The position numbers and the translations under genes were made by a program. Shown here in pieces: positions 13,566 to 26,910 of a DNA stretch of 64,000 nt. Every line of letters begins with the position of its first letter. The stretch's first letter is position 1. The stretch is from Octopus bimaculoides (lineage: Eukaryota): positions 165,192,308-165,256,307 of the forward strand of contig NC_068981.1 in NCBI RefSeq assembly GCF_001194135.2. The letters run 5' to 3'. Under the pieces are notes generated by a model that saw nothing but the letters and a program-made list of their open reading frames with translations, ran no database searches and was not told the DNA's origin.

Positions 13566-13770
13566 CTAGGCACAAGGCCCGAAATTTTGGGAAAGGGGGG
13601 GGCAGTCGATTAGATCGACCCCAGTACGCAACTGATACTTAATTTATTGTTCCTGAAAGGATAAAAGGCAAAGTCGACCTCGGTGGAATTTTAACTCAGA
13701 ACATAAAGACAGACGAAATACCGCTAAGCATTTCGCCCGGCGTGCTAACGTTTCTACCAGCTCGCCGCCT
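13566..13770 (-). mobile_element. SINE family B
   Basis: Near-complete reverse-complement match to the other family B copies, ending in ctcgccgcct. Confidence 0.88.
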
Positions 13771-14020
13771 TCGTGGTCTGATCAATAATTATCTGAATTG
13801 TTGCCATAGTAACAAAGCTCTGTCATGGTCAATGCGACGATCACACGCTACACTCCTTCCTTCTAAACATTGCTGTAAATAGCAGAAGTGAGCTAGACTG
13901 CTAAAGTTTAGTGCGCGTGCACAGCAGAGTTCACGGTCAATCTTCATCAGACGGCTTCAGTCTGCTTGTCTTAGCTTTGTTACTATGGCAACAGTCCGGG
14001 TACTTATTGATCAGATCTCG
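13771..14020 (-). mobile_element. Mariner-derived MITE (about 250 bp)
   Basis: TIRs of about 45-50 bp including a perfect 21-bp core (13799-13819 / 13973-13993), with TA at 14021-14022. The interior is homologous to the 5' end of the mariner fragment at 26032-26410. Confidence 0.82.
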
Positions 14021-16286
14021 TATATCGTGAAGTATCAATAAAGTATAAGTATAATACGTATAATATCGTGAAGTAGAAATGTCTATGTATACATATGTGT
14101 GTAGCAATGCCACAAGTCAAGGATTTATTTTCTCTAGAGGCAGATGAGAGCCGCACGTACATTATAAATGGTAGATATTGTTTATGAAAATGTTCTTGTA
14201 GTACCATTAGGTTATTTTGTCGCAATTTCGTTTGAAATTGAATAATACAAGCCCAGAAACCAACATTAAATCAACGTGAAGTCGTATTATGTATGGAAGT
14301 AATCTAAAATCTGCAATGTTTATAGATATACTGGAGTAGTAGAATTACCACAATAACATACTTTCATTGAAATGCCATTTGATTCTGTTTCCATAATGTC
14401 CTTACAATTTTAAAGATAACGGGATGTATTTTAAGAGAGATTTAACTATTTCTACTAGCTGACTCATGCGCTTGCGCTTTCCTGTTTAGCCCCAAGTTCA
14501 CTTTAATTGAGAAGACTTAAGATTAAAATCGTTCTAGCCATAGTTATCATTACGTCATAGTTTACCTCACACTACAATATCCAAAATACTATTCCTGTTT
14601 TCAAAGACAAGCCTTTTCTTGTAGGTTGAGTGACCACAGAGAGCTTTTCCCTCTAATTATCTTGCATATACCTCCTGAGGACAATAGAAATTATAAGCCA
14701 TCGATAACTAACCTGGTTTACAAATAACCGAGCAGAAAATACAGGCAATAATATTTTAAAATATACGCCAACTGTTAAAAATTATAGTCATTTCCCTCTC
14801 CTATTCCGAAAAGAGTATTTTAAAATTAGCTTAACCATTATTCCTTCCAATAACATCCGAAAATTTCATTATAAACCTTTCTTTAATTATAGAAATTTAC
14901 CTGAAGCTTGTTTTTAAAGTTCGGGTTCGATATTAAGTACCAGATGAACACTGGGATCTATGTAATTCCACAAAACGCAGACTTTGTTGGTTTCGAATCG
15001 CTTCCACTCTACAACACTCTAACGAAATAAATATATTTTACCAAAGTTTCAAATCGGACAAAGTTTTGTAAATGAAATCTGATAGACAGAAACTATGTAG
15101 CAACATGTCGGAAGAACCGTTTCAGTTTTTGGTGGCCTAATTAATCAGTCTCCCGTTTTGACACACTGCAACCTGACTTTTGTATGGTGGTAACGGTGTC
15201 TCTTTCAAGCATTCGAAAAACCTCGTTTCCGTTCTGAGGATAACTTACTCTCTTCTCTCTTAACTTCCATCAATAAAGGATAATGAACGGCACCGTGTCT
15301 TCTCTTGATAAGCCGTTGAAACAAAATCACACACACAAACAGGACAAGAAAAGAAAAAGATAAATAGTACAGCTCATGTAAACGATTAGCAAATCGTTAA
15401 TATACGTAGTTCCTTTCATACGAAAAAGAAATGTATTTTCCTTCTGTATAAGCAACTAATATATTAGTCGATTAGTATTTCAATCGAATTTGACAAGGTA
15501 ACGGTCTATCCCAGACTTTTGCTATTATATGGCAACACAGTAATGATTGCGTATCAATTTTAACTATACATTATCTTTTATCGTCAGTTCGCTTTGGGAA
15601 TATTTTCTCGTTCCCAGTCTTCCTTACAAGAAGCGTTTCGTAATTTCCTTTTAATTCCGACACGGTGCAAAAGCCAAGGAAATCAACAGACCGTTGTTTT
15701 ATAGGAAAACGGTGTCAAATGTGAGATTTACTAGAAAGATATACAAATTGTGCAGCTGTCATTTTACATTGTCTCTTCTGATAATTATTCATTGATCTGA
15801 GAAATCAAAGAGCGCCAGAGAATATTGAGATACGCGGCTTTCGTGGATCGAAAAATGCCATTGAAAATTTTCTTTGCATTTCTGCTAGGACCTTTTGATA
15901 AAAGCTAGTCTTATTGTCTTATTAAGTTCACTTCTAATTACACGAACATACAATCGCACGCGTGCACACACACGCATACATACGCTCGCGCATACACACA
16001 TACATGCATGCACATATATCTATCAGGATAATTGTAACTCATTGGTGACTTACCACAATTGTTTATTACTACCACTCTAATACTACTATTACCACTACCA
16101 CCCCGTCACCTTCACCGCCACCACCACAATCACTACTACTACTACTACTACTATTACTACTACTAATGCAGCAGCAGCATCAACCCACTTACGACGAAAA
16201 ATTTGCTAGTAGGCTTTCATTTTTCCTCTAGATGTTCATAAAATATATTGTGACACTATCGACATAACTTGATATTTAATGTATAT

Positions 16287-16724
16287 AAGGCAACGAGTTG
16301 GCAGAATTCTTAGCACGCTGGTTTAAATGCTTAGTGGCATTTCGTCCGTTTTTACGCTCTGAGTTCAAATTCCACCGAGCTCTTCTATACCTTTCATAAG
16401 TTCAGGTTCGATAAACTTAGTGCCAAAATCCGAAACGAACATTTTATATNNNNNNNNNNAAAAGTCCGATTATGTAACCCTCGCTCTTCAAAGGTAGCCG
16501 TTATGGAATAAGGCAATGAGCTGACAAAATCGTTAGCACACCAGGAAAAATGCTTAGTGGTATTTCGTCCGTCTGCACGTTTCTAAGTTCAAATTCTGAC
16601 GAGGTTGACTTTGCCTTTCCTGGTTTCGACGTCGATAAGATAAGTACCAGTTGATCGCTAGGATCGATGTAATCAACTTACTTCTCCCTCGAAATTGTTG
16701 CCTTCTTCCAAAATATGAAACCAA
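16287..16724 (+). mobile_element. Two SINE family B copies (16287-16435 partial; 16510-16724)
   Basis: aggcaacgagttggcagaat / aggcaatgagctgacaaaatcgttagcac heads, gagttcaaatt B box and taagtaccag body motif. Confidence 0.8.
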
Positions 16725-17035
16725 CATTTAATGTATATCGTCCAAAGTGCAAATGTCAGCACCAACAACATTGGCATATCAGAATCCTTTCATTCGCTCA
16801 ATATCCATACGGCACCGTAGACCGATTCTTTGGTCGTCTCAGCAAATCAGTTGAACCGATTCAAGACTGAAGGAATTTTCATGAAGTTGTTCTTTCACAT
16901 CCTCTACGCATTTTCATATTCTTTATTCCATTCCACTGTTCATCCACCACCACCACCACCACAACAACAACAACTACCACCACCACCACCACCACTACTA
17001 CTACTACTACTACGACCACCACCACTACCACCACC

Positions 17036-17141
<106 letters not shown>

Positions 17142-17943
17142 TCGCTGTAGACGGAAATGCTTTAATATTATATTCAAACATATATACACACACACTTGTA
17201 TATGAATGTGTGCGTGTATATGTATATGTGTATATATATATGTGTGTGTATGTGTATGTATATACATAACGTGTTTGTAAATACGTGATATATATATATA
17301 TGCATGCAAATATATACGTATAGACGCGCGCGAGCACACACATGTATGTTTATACACACACCACACACANNNNNNNNNNATGTGTGCGTGTATATGTATA
17401 TGTGTATATATATATGTGTGTGTGTGTGTATGTATATACATAACGTGTTTGTAAATACGTGATATATATATATGCATGCAAATATATACGCATAGACGCG
17501 CGCGAGCACACACATGTATGTTTATACACACACCACACACACGAACACACACAAAACCACACACACACACACACAGATTCATACACACGCACACACGTAT
17601 ATATGATATACACATGCTTTGTACGTATCCATGTGTATGCATGTTCGAGTCTGACTGTATGTATCTCCATCTGCCCCTGTTTGTGAATGAAAGTGCATGT
17701 ACGTGTATGTTTGTGTGTGTGTTTATGTGTGTGTTTATGTGTGTATGCGTGGGTGTGCGCGTGTGTATGTGTATGAACTTTTACATCTCCGTGTACTACT
17801 TTGTACTACTTTGTACTACTTTGTGTGGCGAGAATGTGGATAGCTGTCTATTTGTCTATTGTAGAAGATAACTTTGTTGTAATACCACCCGCCTCGATTC
17901 TTTTACTTCCTCTGGTATTCTTTTGTGATGTCAATCTATTTAC

Positions 17944-18038
17944 GTTCGCATGTGGCTTCAACACGCTCCGCTGTTGCCAAACCATTACGATTTGATCGAG
18001 GTATCTGTTGGTTTCATATTCCAGATTTTTCAAAACAT
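17944..18038 (-). CDS. Candidate internal exon (D-VLKNLEYETNRYLDQIVMVWQQRSVLKPHAN)
   Basis: Strong polypyrimidine acceptor tttttgttgatgcctttctcag|, one open frame, donor AAC|GTAAAT. Confidence 0.28.
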
Positions 18039-18767
18039 CTGAGAAAGGCATCAACAAAAAAAAAAATTATTATAAAATGAAGATGATGACGATGATTATG
18101 ATAACGATGATGAAGCTGAGAGTTATGAGGATGATTATATTGATGATGATCGTGCTGGTAGTGATAGTAATGGTGATGTGATGCTGGTGGTGACGGTGAT
18201 AGTGGCGGTTATCGTGTTGCTAGTCGTGGTGTGTTTTCCAGCCTGAGTTCATAATACGAATGATAATAATGATAGTGATGATGACGAGAATAATGATAAA
18301 TTGCAGATGGAAGATGAGGAAATGGAAGTAGGAGTAAAGTACTTTTTTTCTTACTCTTTATCCTCCGCCCTATTATCGTCATCATCATCGTCGTCTTCGC
18401 TTTCGTCGCCGCTGCCGTCGTCGTCGTCGTCGTCGCTATCATCATCTTCGCTATCGTCATTATCATTTCTTAAATCCCATTTGATAAGCACTAATAAGAA
18501 GTCTGTACGTTGTTGCTCTACCTGCTAGAAATAGTGATAAAAATTTCTGCATTTGATGCTATGCCAACTTCAAAATATGAATGAGTCGTTGGCTAATATG
18601 ATCTTAGTTATACTATGTCCGAAACGAAAGTTCTGATCGTTGCGGCTGTAAAGTTCTTGATCTACTCGATCGGTTTCACTAAACAACAATTATCATCATG
18701 GTCATCATAATCATCAGTATTACCATCATCATACTAATCCCCATCATCATCATCATCATAATCATCC

Positions 18768-18814
<47 letters not shown>

Positions 18815-19055
18815 GTCATCATCATCATCATCATCATCATCATATCATCGTCATCACTGGAAAATGAGTCAGAACATGTGGTGTTTCATAAAAACGATTT
18901 GCATCTCTCAAACCGGAAAAAAATATTACATTCTGAACCCCTCTGGTGCTGCAGTTAAGAGCAACAGGCTCTATAGCGTTGTGGAGAAAACCGACAGTAT
19001 TAAGGTTCCTATTAATGCATCATTTAGTGCAGTGTCCTGAGAGAAATACCTTCTA

Positions 19056-19315
19056 CGAGGGTCGGCCTAAAAGTTCATAGGCTGACCAAAATACTCTCAT
19101 GGAATGTGATCAAGTGTACATTATTTTTCAACATAGAACCCCTTGCGGTCCACACACTTCTTCCATCAGTGTTACACTGTTTGGTGTAAAAGCTTTCATC
19201 CTGTTGGTCAAAATTTATCAACAGCAGTTATGACGTCATCATCACTGCGATACTGGTTCCCAGGCAAGTGTTTTTTTCAAGTTAGGTAACATAAGTAACG
19301 AGAAGTGAGCGGGTG
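19056..19315 (-). mobile_element. Mariner 3' end fragment with one TIR
   Basis: TA + cgagggtcggcctaaaagttcataggctgacc terminus; the minus strand encodes DESFY..WKKCVDRKGFYVEK*. Confidence 0.75.
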
Positions 19316-19531
19316 CAATAAGAATCCTTCAACAGTAACTCCATAGCGGCATTTTGTAGGTTCCTTGTTTTCTTTCCTTGTTTTACTTGAATTGAAACTG
19401 AAAAATTGTTGTAGAAGGATTTTTAAAAAATAATTTTCAAACATTTTATTCGCACCATCAGTGAATTATTTATAATTTCTTATATTAGAGGCGACGAATT
19501 CTCAAGCGGGCGTGTGGCTGGCTGCTAGTAC

Positions 19532-19573
19532 ACGTCTTTGACGAGGCCAATAAAGCCGGAATACATCTGGCGT
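19532..19573 (+). ncRNA. Degenerate minimal type-I hammerhead-ribozyme-like motif
   Basis: acgtct-TTGACGA-GGC caataaa GCC-GGAA-taca-TC-tggcgt. Stem I acgtc/ggcgt and stem II GGC/GCC are present, with two core substitutions (C3>U, A13>G). Confidence 0.4.
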
Positions 19574-20473
19574 ATTCGCTAGCCTACACTTGGACGATTT
19601 CCCGCCCCCTCCAACAATGAATGTGTTTGTAATACAGTACATCTGTAAGAGACGTTATTTCGGGAATGAATGCCTCAGTAACTAGCCTACCAACGATGTA
19701 TGTATACATTAAGTATAAGTAACAAGAAGAGAAGGATTGGTTGTAGGAGTGCATGTGAGCAGAAGAAAAGAGCAGTAGTGGTAGAAGATGTGGTGTGAGA
19801 ATAAGGATGTTATTGAATGAATCTTTGTTAATTATCAACTCCAAAAGTTATGAGAAACGCAACTGAATCTGACGGGACCATGAGGTAGAAAATAACGTGA
19901 CGCAACTAAATATAATAGGACGTATTGAACAGATTTTGCCATTAATAAGTCTTAGTTTTGATTTTATATTATGAAATTATTCATGTTGAAGATACGATAT
20001 AATAGTTTTCATATTTAATTTTAGAAATATATATTTCCTGATTTCATTTTTTAAAAATCGTGAAGAAATACAGAAGTACAGCGTATGTAAAGGAGGAATA
20101 TGCAGATGCGTAAAAAATATGCAAAAAGATTCAAAGAGTAATGGTTGGGGATATCAGTCAAAAGGTCAAATGGAAGAAAATACTAAACTTCAAAACGTTT
20201 AATAAAAGGTCATATTCATCCAAATATGTTTCTTGAGAAATTGTAATACACGAAGACTTTGTGTAACGCTTATATTTATATATATGTGTGTAACATGTGT
20301 ATTTATGATTATATTTATACGTAATACAACGCAGTACGCAAAACATGTAATACATTCCATTTGAGTAACAATGACTAGAAATTCGTAATGAAAAAAAAAA
20401 AGTTTATGAAGACTGTTAATAAAAAATCTGGGATTGACGAGCAAGAACACATGCACACACTTGCAAGTACATA

Positions 20474-20533
<60 letters not shown>

Positions 20534-20702
20534 CTGACCTGTGTAATAAGTATTTACTTATTATTATTTACAAGGTATTTACTAGATGAAATATTGGTTT
20601 GTAAATATAGATATATTGTCACTAAAGTGTTAAAAAATATATTTTTATATAAGTGTGGTTTTGACTATCGCTGGAGTCTGTTTTGTGTCATACGTTTCTG
20701 GT

Positions 20703-20734
<32 letters not shown>

Positions 20735-20776
20735 TATCTATATGTATGTAGGTATGTAGGTATGTAGGTATAAGTG

Positions 20777-20834
<58 letters not shown>

Positions 20835-21890
20835 TGTGTGTAGGTGGGGGTGTGTATGCATGTAGGCGATATATATATACATATATATATACATACATCT
20901 ATATATATATATANNNNNNNNNNNNNNNNNNNNNNNNNNNNNNNNNNNNNNNNNNNNNNNNNNNNNNNNNNNNNNNNNNNNNNNNNNNNNNNNNNNNNNN
21001 NNNNNNNNNNNNNNNNNNNNNNNNNNNNNNNNNNNNNNNNNNNNNNNNNNNNNNNNNNNNNNNNNNNNNNNNNNNNNNNNNNNNNNNNNNNNNNNNNNNN
21101 NNNNNNNNNNNNNNNNNNNNNNNNNNNNNNNNNNNNNNNNNNNNNNNNNNNNNNNNNNNNNNNNNNNNNNNNNNNNNNNNNNNNNNNNNNNNNNNNNNNN
21201 NNNNNNNNNNNNNNNNNNNNNNNNNNNNNNNNNNNNNNNNNNNNNNNNNNNNNNNNNNNNNNNNNNNNNNNNNNNNNNNNNNNNNNNNNNNNNNNNNNNN
21301 NNNNNNNNNNNNNNNNNNNNNNNNNNNNNNNNNNNNNNNNNNNNNNNNNNNNNNNNNNNNNNNNNNNNNNNNNNNNNNNNNNNNNNNNNNNNNNNNNNNN
21401 NNNNNNNNNNNNNNNNNNNNNNNNNNNNNNNNNNNNNNNNNNNNNNNNNNNNNNNNNNNNNNNNNNNNNNNNNNNNNNNNNNNNNNNNNNNNNNNNNNNN
21501 NNNNNNNNNNNNNNNNNNNNNNNNNNNNNNNNNNNNNNNNNNNNNNNNNNNNNNNNNNNNNNNNNNNNNNNNNNNNNNNNNNNNNNNNNNNNNNNNNNNN
21601 NNNNNNNNNNNNNNNNNNNNNNNNNNNNNNNNNNNNNNNNNNNNNNNNNNNNNNNNNNNNNNNNNNNNNNNNNNNNNNNNNNNNNNNNNNNNNNNNNNNN
21701 NNNNNNNNNNNNNNNNNNNNNNNNNNNNNNNNNNNNNNNNNNNNNNNNNNNNNNNNNNNNNNNNNNNNNNNNNNNNNNNNNNNNNNNNNNNNNNNNNNNN
21801 NNNNNNNNNNNNNNNNNNNNNNNNNNATATATGTATGTATATACATATATATTGCTGTGTATATATTCATACATACGTATACATAAATTC

Positions 21891-21924
<34 letters not shown>

Positions 21925-23029
21925 GTATATATATGTGCGTGTGTATGTGTTTATATATATATATATTATAGCTAGCTAGCTAGCTAGCTAGATAGATAGA
22001 TAGATATATAGATAGATATCATATTTACATTGCACAACTATTTACATACTTTTCAATGTCGATATCAAAATTTTAACTTTCACATATAGTCAATGTCAAG
22101 TTTTTGTGAATGTAGCTGAGGTTAAGTATCTTCACTGTGTTATATTCAGTTAATTAATTGGAACTGTTTATGCCTCCATGGAACTTCCGCTCACTGTCCT
22201 GGTGTACTAAAAAACAAAACCCACTTCACTGGTACAACCGTTTATAACACTTTTGTTGACCTTGATATAATTATTTTTACATTTCCGTGTATGGTCGATA
22301 TGAAAAAGGCTGACTTTGCTACCACAGATTCTCATCCACTAAATGTTCAAATATTACTTGGTCGAACTGTGATGTTACTTAACAATTTTTATAGTCACTT
22401 TGGTAGAGTCAATGAAATTCATTTCAAATATAACGTCTTATAGGACACTAACGAACTATTTCAGGTTATCAAAACAGAAATCATACATAATTCGACTTAA
22501 TATGTTCAAAACATTTGCTGTCAAGTAATCGAAAAGGGATTACAAACCCCATCTCCAACTGATGTTTCAGTAAAGTAAAGTGTCATAAACTCCGCTAGAC
22601 TTGTTTGGAATCTCACCTCATCATTAGACAGGAGTAAATGCACCTTATTTATTTACTTGCAGCAGCAATACTTATGTGCTTTGGTAAGCTACCAGAACCT
22701 ACTGTCTTGTCAAAAATTATTCTCTTTTTGCTTTGATTTCTGCAAAATTCTAGAGCAACTCATCGTCCTTTTAGAACGTGAAATATTATTTTCGTGTGGA
22801 TTTCCAGTTATTTCCTTACAAATAATTTCTACTTATTATTAAGCGAAAGGTAACGTTTTTAACATCCAGTAAGATTTTGAGACAACGCGGTTCAAAATCT
22901 TTGATGTTGCCTGTGATCACTGTATTTGTAGAACGTACTCTGTCAAATTTTAGCATGTGTTCTGGCTTTTAAGCAAATTCTACATGAGCACATTCACACG
23001 TCAAATTCTCAACGTTCTTATGGATGGAT

Positions 23030-23363
23030 AAAGAGTAAAGATCCCCTTTGGTCATGAATGATCATAGGATTGCACTCCGAAAGTTCCCCTTCAAGACACA
23101 AGTCCGGGGAAGGTTGTTTATGGAGGACCAGCAGTCGCCCATGCATACCAGTCTCCCCTCTCCACGCCACCGATGGTATCCAGGGGAAAGGCAAAGGCCG
23201 TTATGACTTGGCACCAGTGACGTCGTAACTCATTTCTAAAGCTGATTGAACTGGAACAACGTGAAATAAAGTGTCTTGCTCAAGAACACAAAATACAACC
23301 CGGTTCAGGAATCGAACTCACTACCTCATGATTGTGAGTCCGACGCTCTAACCACTGAGCCAC
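23030..23363 (-). mobile_element. Full-length SINE family C
   Basis: Minus-strand head gtggctcagtggttagagcg..gagttcgattcc, central ttcttgagcaagacactttatttcacgttgttccag and tail ..gggatctttactctt. Confidence 0.88.
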
Positions 23364-23898
23364 TGACTTGTTGGGAAAAGTATGTATCTTAAACGTACCA
23401 ATATATAAACATATATATTGAGAGAGTAATCAATATCCTCTCTGCTTAATATTTTCCTTTGACTTGAAAACAAAAACAACATCAAATTGTGGTTTTTCAG
23501 ATAAATAACACCAAAAGCAAAGTCCATTTGCTGTTACTCTTTTCAAAGACCTGCTATTTTATCTGGCACGTTTCATTTACGAGTACTTTGACTCTTGGAA
23601 ACCGTTGACTAGTTTTAGTCTTCTTTTATATTAGGAACATACAATTTCTTACTCTTCCAAATTCTGATGATAATTTTAAAACGAATCGGATGAAAGTAAA
23701 GGTATCAATCAGTGGAAATTTTCGAAGCTCACTGCTTTTACCAAGGGAGTAAGAATTTCGGACTTACACTTTGTGAAGTTTGAAAGCGAGAAACACCTAT
23801 CAGAGTCACCTTTTGTAAACAACTAATAACTTATAAACATCTAATTATTAAAGTCTGAAAATTATCAGAAAAGTCATTTCTATTCATTGTCTTCAAAT

Positions 23899-24245
23899 AC
23901 GTGGCTGTGTGATAAGAAGCTTGCTTTCCAACCACATGGTTTCGTGCACTTTAGGCAAGTGTTTGCTACTATAGCCTTGGGGCGACCAAAGCCGTGTAAG
24001 TATATTTGGTACACGGAAACTGAAAGAAACCCGTCATATATATGTGTGTGTGTGTGTTGTCACCCCACCACCATCGCTTGACAATCTATGCTGGTGTATT
24101 TACGTCCTCATAGGTTAGCAGTTCGGCAGAGATAGGATAAGGACTAGGCTTATAAAGAATAAACCCTGAGATCAATTTGTTTGACCGAAACCTTTTAAGG
24201 CAGTACTCCAGCATAGCCACAGCCAAATGACTGAACAAGCAAGAA
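23899..24245 (+). mobile_element. SINE family A
   Basis: gtggctgtgtgataagaagcttgc head, acggaaactgaaagaa body, internal (TA/TG) tract and family A tail. Confidence 0.88.
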
Positions 24246-24246
24246 A

Positions 24247-24435
24247 AAACACAAATAAAAACACGAACAAACAACGCGAGGACGTGGAATAAGTACAGTG
24301 TTATTGGACGCTCAGGAAAGGAAATAAAAGAAAGAGGAATTAACGTTTCGAGCGGAGCTCTTCGTCAGAAATATAGGAAAATTCCAAAGAAGGGAAGACA
24401 GAGAAAAAATCGCCAACGATGCACACGCGGTCATA
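24247..24435 (-). mobile_element. Short putative dispersed repeat carrying a hammerhead-like motif (probably PLE-related, non-autonomous)
   Basis: Contains the motif at 24339-24372 and shares gaagagc..gctcgaaa.gtta with the element at 51062-51250. Repeat status and PLE origin are inferred. Confidence 0.6.
24339..24372 (-). ncRNA. Minimal type-I hammerhead ribozyme motif, canonical core
   Basis: Minus strand: ttt-CTGACGA-A-GAGC tcc GCTC-GAAA-CGTT-aat. Intact CUGAnGA and GAAA, 4-bp stem II, palindromic AACGUU stem-III region; stem I is weak in this copy. Confidence 0.7.
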
Positions 24436-25155
24436 TATATATATATATATANNNNNNNNNNNNNNNNNNNNNNNNNNNNNNNNNNNNNNNNNNNNNNNNN
24501 NNNNNNNNNNNNNNNNNNNNNNNNNNNNNNNNNNNNNNNNNNNNNNNNNNNNNNNNNNNNNNNNNNNNNNNNNNNNNNNNNNNNNNNNNNNNNNNNNNNN
24601 NNNNNNNNNNNNNNGAGAGAGAGAGAGAGAGAGAGAGAGAGAGCACATTAAAAGTGAGCCTGAATCTTGCTTGCTTGCAATGGTACTTGGCCAAACTAGC
24701 GCATAATGGGAAAATACTATGAATTAAGTCGTCCCTGAAATGTGAATACGAACGGAATAGAACAAATTTTGCGTAAATCGGAAAAGTGGTTATTGAGATA
24801 TTACAGGATCTTCGGGGTATAAATAACGAAAACGATGCATAATGGGAAAATTCTCCGAAAATAATTTAACCCTGAAATGGAAGAAAACTTTCGATTATAC
24901 AGTGACTCGACAACGAAAAAAATGATTTTTTAAACACAATACTTTGATCATTTAGAAATATCTTTAAGTGAATGTGGTTTCAAAAATGTAAGTTTTTATA
25001 CAGTAAGTATTTATATTTTAGCTTTCTTTAAACAGACAATATTTTAATGTTTCTTTTAAAAGTATTTTCAAGAATTTTAATCATTACAAGAAATTTTTGG
25101 CATATTTAAAAAATATTTTAAAGTAAAGATGAAGACGATTTCAGAATTATGGTAT

Positions 25156-25560
25156 AGGTGCAGGAGCGGCTGTGTGTGTGGTAAGTAGCTTGCTTACCGA
25201 CCACATGGTCCGGGTTCAGTCCCATTGCGCGGCACCTTGGGCAAGTGTCTTCTACTATAGCCTAGGGCCGACCAAAGCCTTGTAAGTGGATTTGGTAAAC
25301 GGAAACTGAAAGAAGCCCGTCGTATATATGTATATATACATATATATGTGCGTATGTGTGTATATATGTTTGTGTCTGTGTTCGTCGCCCCAAAATCGCT
25401 TGACAACCGATGCTGGTGTGTTTACATCCCCGTAACTTAGAGGTTCGGGGAAAGAGAACGATAGAATAAGTACCAGGCTTACAAAGAATAAGTCCTGGGG
25501 TTCGACTACAGGCGGTGCTCCAGCATGACCGCAGTCAAAATGTGTGAAACAAATAAAATA
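25156..25560 (+). mobile_element. Full-length SINE family A
   Basis: Head with ccgggttcagtccc B box, body, internal microsatellite 25322-25380 and tail ggcggtgctccagcatgaccgcagtcaaaatg. Confidence 0.92.
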
Positions 25561-25793
25561 GTATAGAGTTTTTCGAATGCAATCAACGTATCTCACCAGA
25601 AATACCTGTTATGTGGTAGCAGAGTGTGCAAGAAATAGCAGCCAAATCTTTTCTTTTCTAGAGAAAGGAACTGTTTGCATTCGTTGAAAGCATGGGAAAT
25701 AACCTGGAAAAGCAAAAAAAAACATGAAACAAAACTCCGTTACTGGGAAACTTAGACTTTCCCGGTGAAGCAACCAGTCCCGGGTAGGGTAGT

Positions 25794-25869
<76 letters not shown>

Positions 25870-25872
<3 letters not shown>

Positions 25873-26029
25873 CTATGTGGTAAGAAAGGTGCAGGATTGG
25901 CTATGTGGTAAGAAAGTTCCAGTTCAACCACATGGTTCCGAGTTCAGTCCCACTGAGTGGCACCTTGGGAAAGTGTCTTCTACTATAGCTTCGGGTTGAC
26001 CGACACCGTGTAAGTGGACTTGGTATATA
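25870..26029 (+). mobile_element. SINE family A 5' part, truncated by a mariner insertion at TA
   Basis: Duplicated head ggctatgtggtaagaaag; the SINE body stops at tggtatata, immediately before the mariner TIR. Confidence 0.75.
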
Positions 26030-26031
26030 TA

Positions 26032-26410
26032 CGAGTCCAAATTAATAAGTATCCGGACTGTTACCATCGTAACAGAGTAATGCCGCTTAGCACAGATTGA
26101 CCTTGGACTCTGCTGTGTAGGCGCACTCAGTCTTAATGTTCTAGCTCCCTTCTGCTGGTTATAGCAGTGCTTGGAAGGAATTGTGTAGCGTGTTATCGTT
26201 GCATTGACTACGACAGAGAGAGTTGTCATGGTGATATCTGCTCAGTGGCCTACTCAAGGTTGCAGAACGTGTATGGAGAAGAGTGTATGAACCGCACATA
26301 AGTGTACGAGTAGTTCAGACGTTTCTAAAATGGCTGAAAAATGTTGATATTGGCGAACATTCTGAGAGACCCTCAACCGGCAGAACTGAGAAAAACATTG
26401 CTGATTATTC
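26032..26410 (+). mobile_element. Mariner 5' fragment (TIR + transposase HTH remnant)
   Basis: TA-cgagtccaaattaataagtatccggactgttacc terminus; translation YSRLQNVYGEECMNRT*VYE*FRRF*NG*KNVDIGEHSERPSTGRTEKNIAD. Confidence 0.82.
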
Positions 26411-26506
26411 AAGCAATTAAAGATTAGAAACAATGTATCTATAAAAAAAGAAGACATATTTATAAACACCGAAACATGTGTGTGTGTTTGTGTGTATGTG
26501 TGTGCT

Positions 26507-26540
<34 letters not shown>

Positions 26541-26544
26541 CTTG

Positions 26545-26625
<81 letters not shown>

Positions 26626-26712
26626 ACATACATATATATTACATACACTGTGCCCAGCGTGCTAACGATTCTGCTAGCACGTTGCTTTGCTTCTACTTAA
26701 TATATTGGTTTC

Positions 26713-26910
26713 ATTTTTGCACAAGGTCAGAAATTTTGAATGAAGGGAGCAAGTCAATTATTTCGACTCCAGCACCCAACTGGCACTTATTTTATCGACA
26801 CTAAATGGATGAAAGATAAAGTCGACCTCAGCGGAATATTAACATAAAGACCGACGAAATACTGCTAAGAATTTTGCCCGGCGAAGAAAAGATTCTGCCA
26901 GCTCGCCACT
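26713..26910 (-). mobile_element. SINE family B
   Basis: Reverse-complement match with gattctgccagctcgcc end. Confidence 0.85.

Noticed and set aside
17200-17540. Near-identical segment of about 160 bp on both sides of the 10-N gap at 17370-17379
   Set aside because: Most likely two haplotypes or overlapping contig ends.
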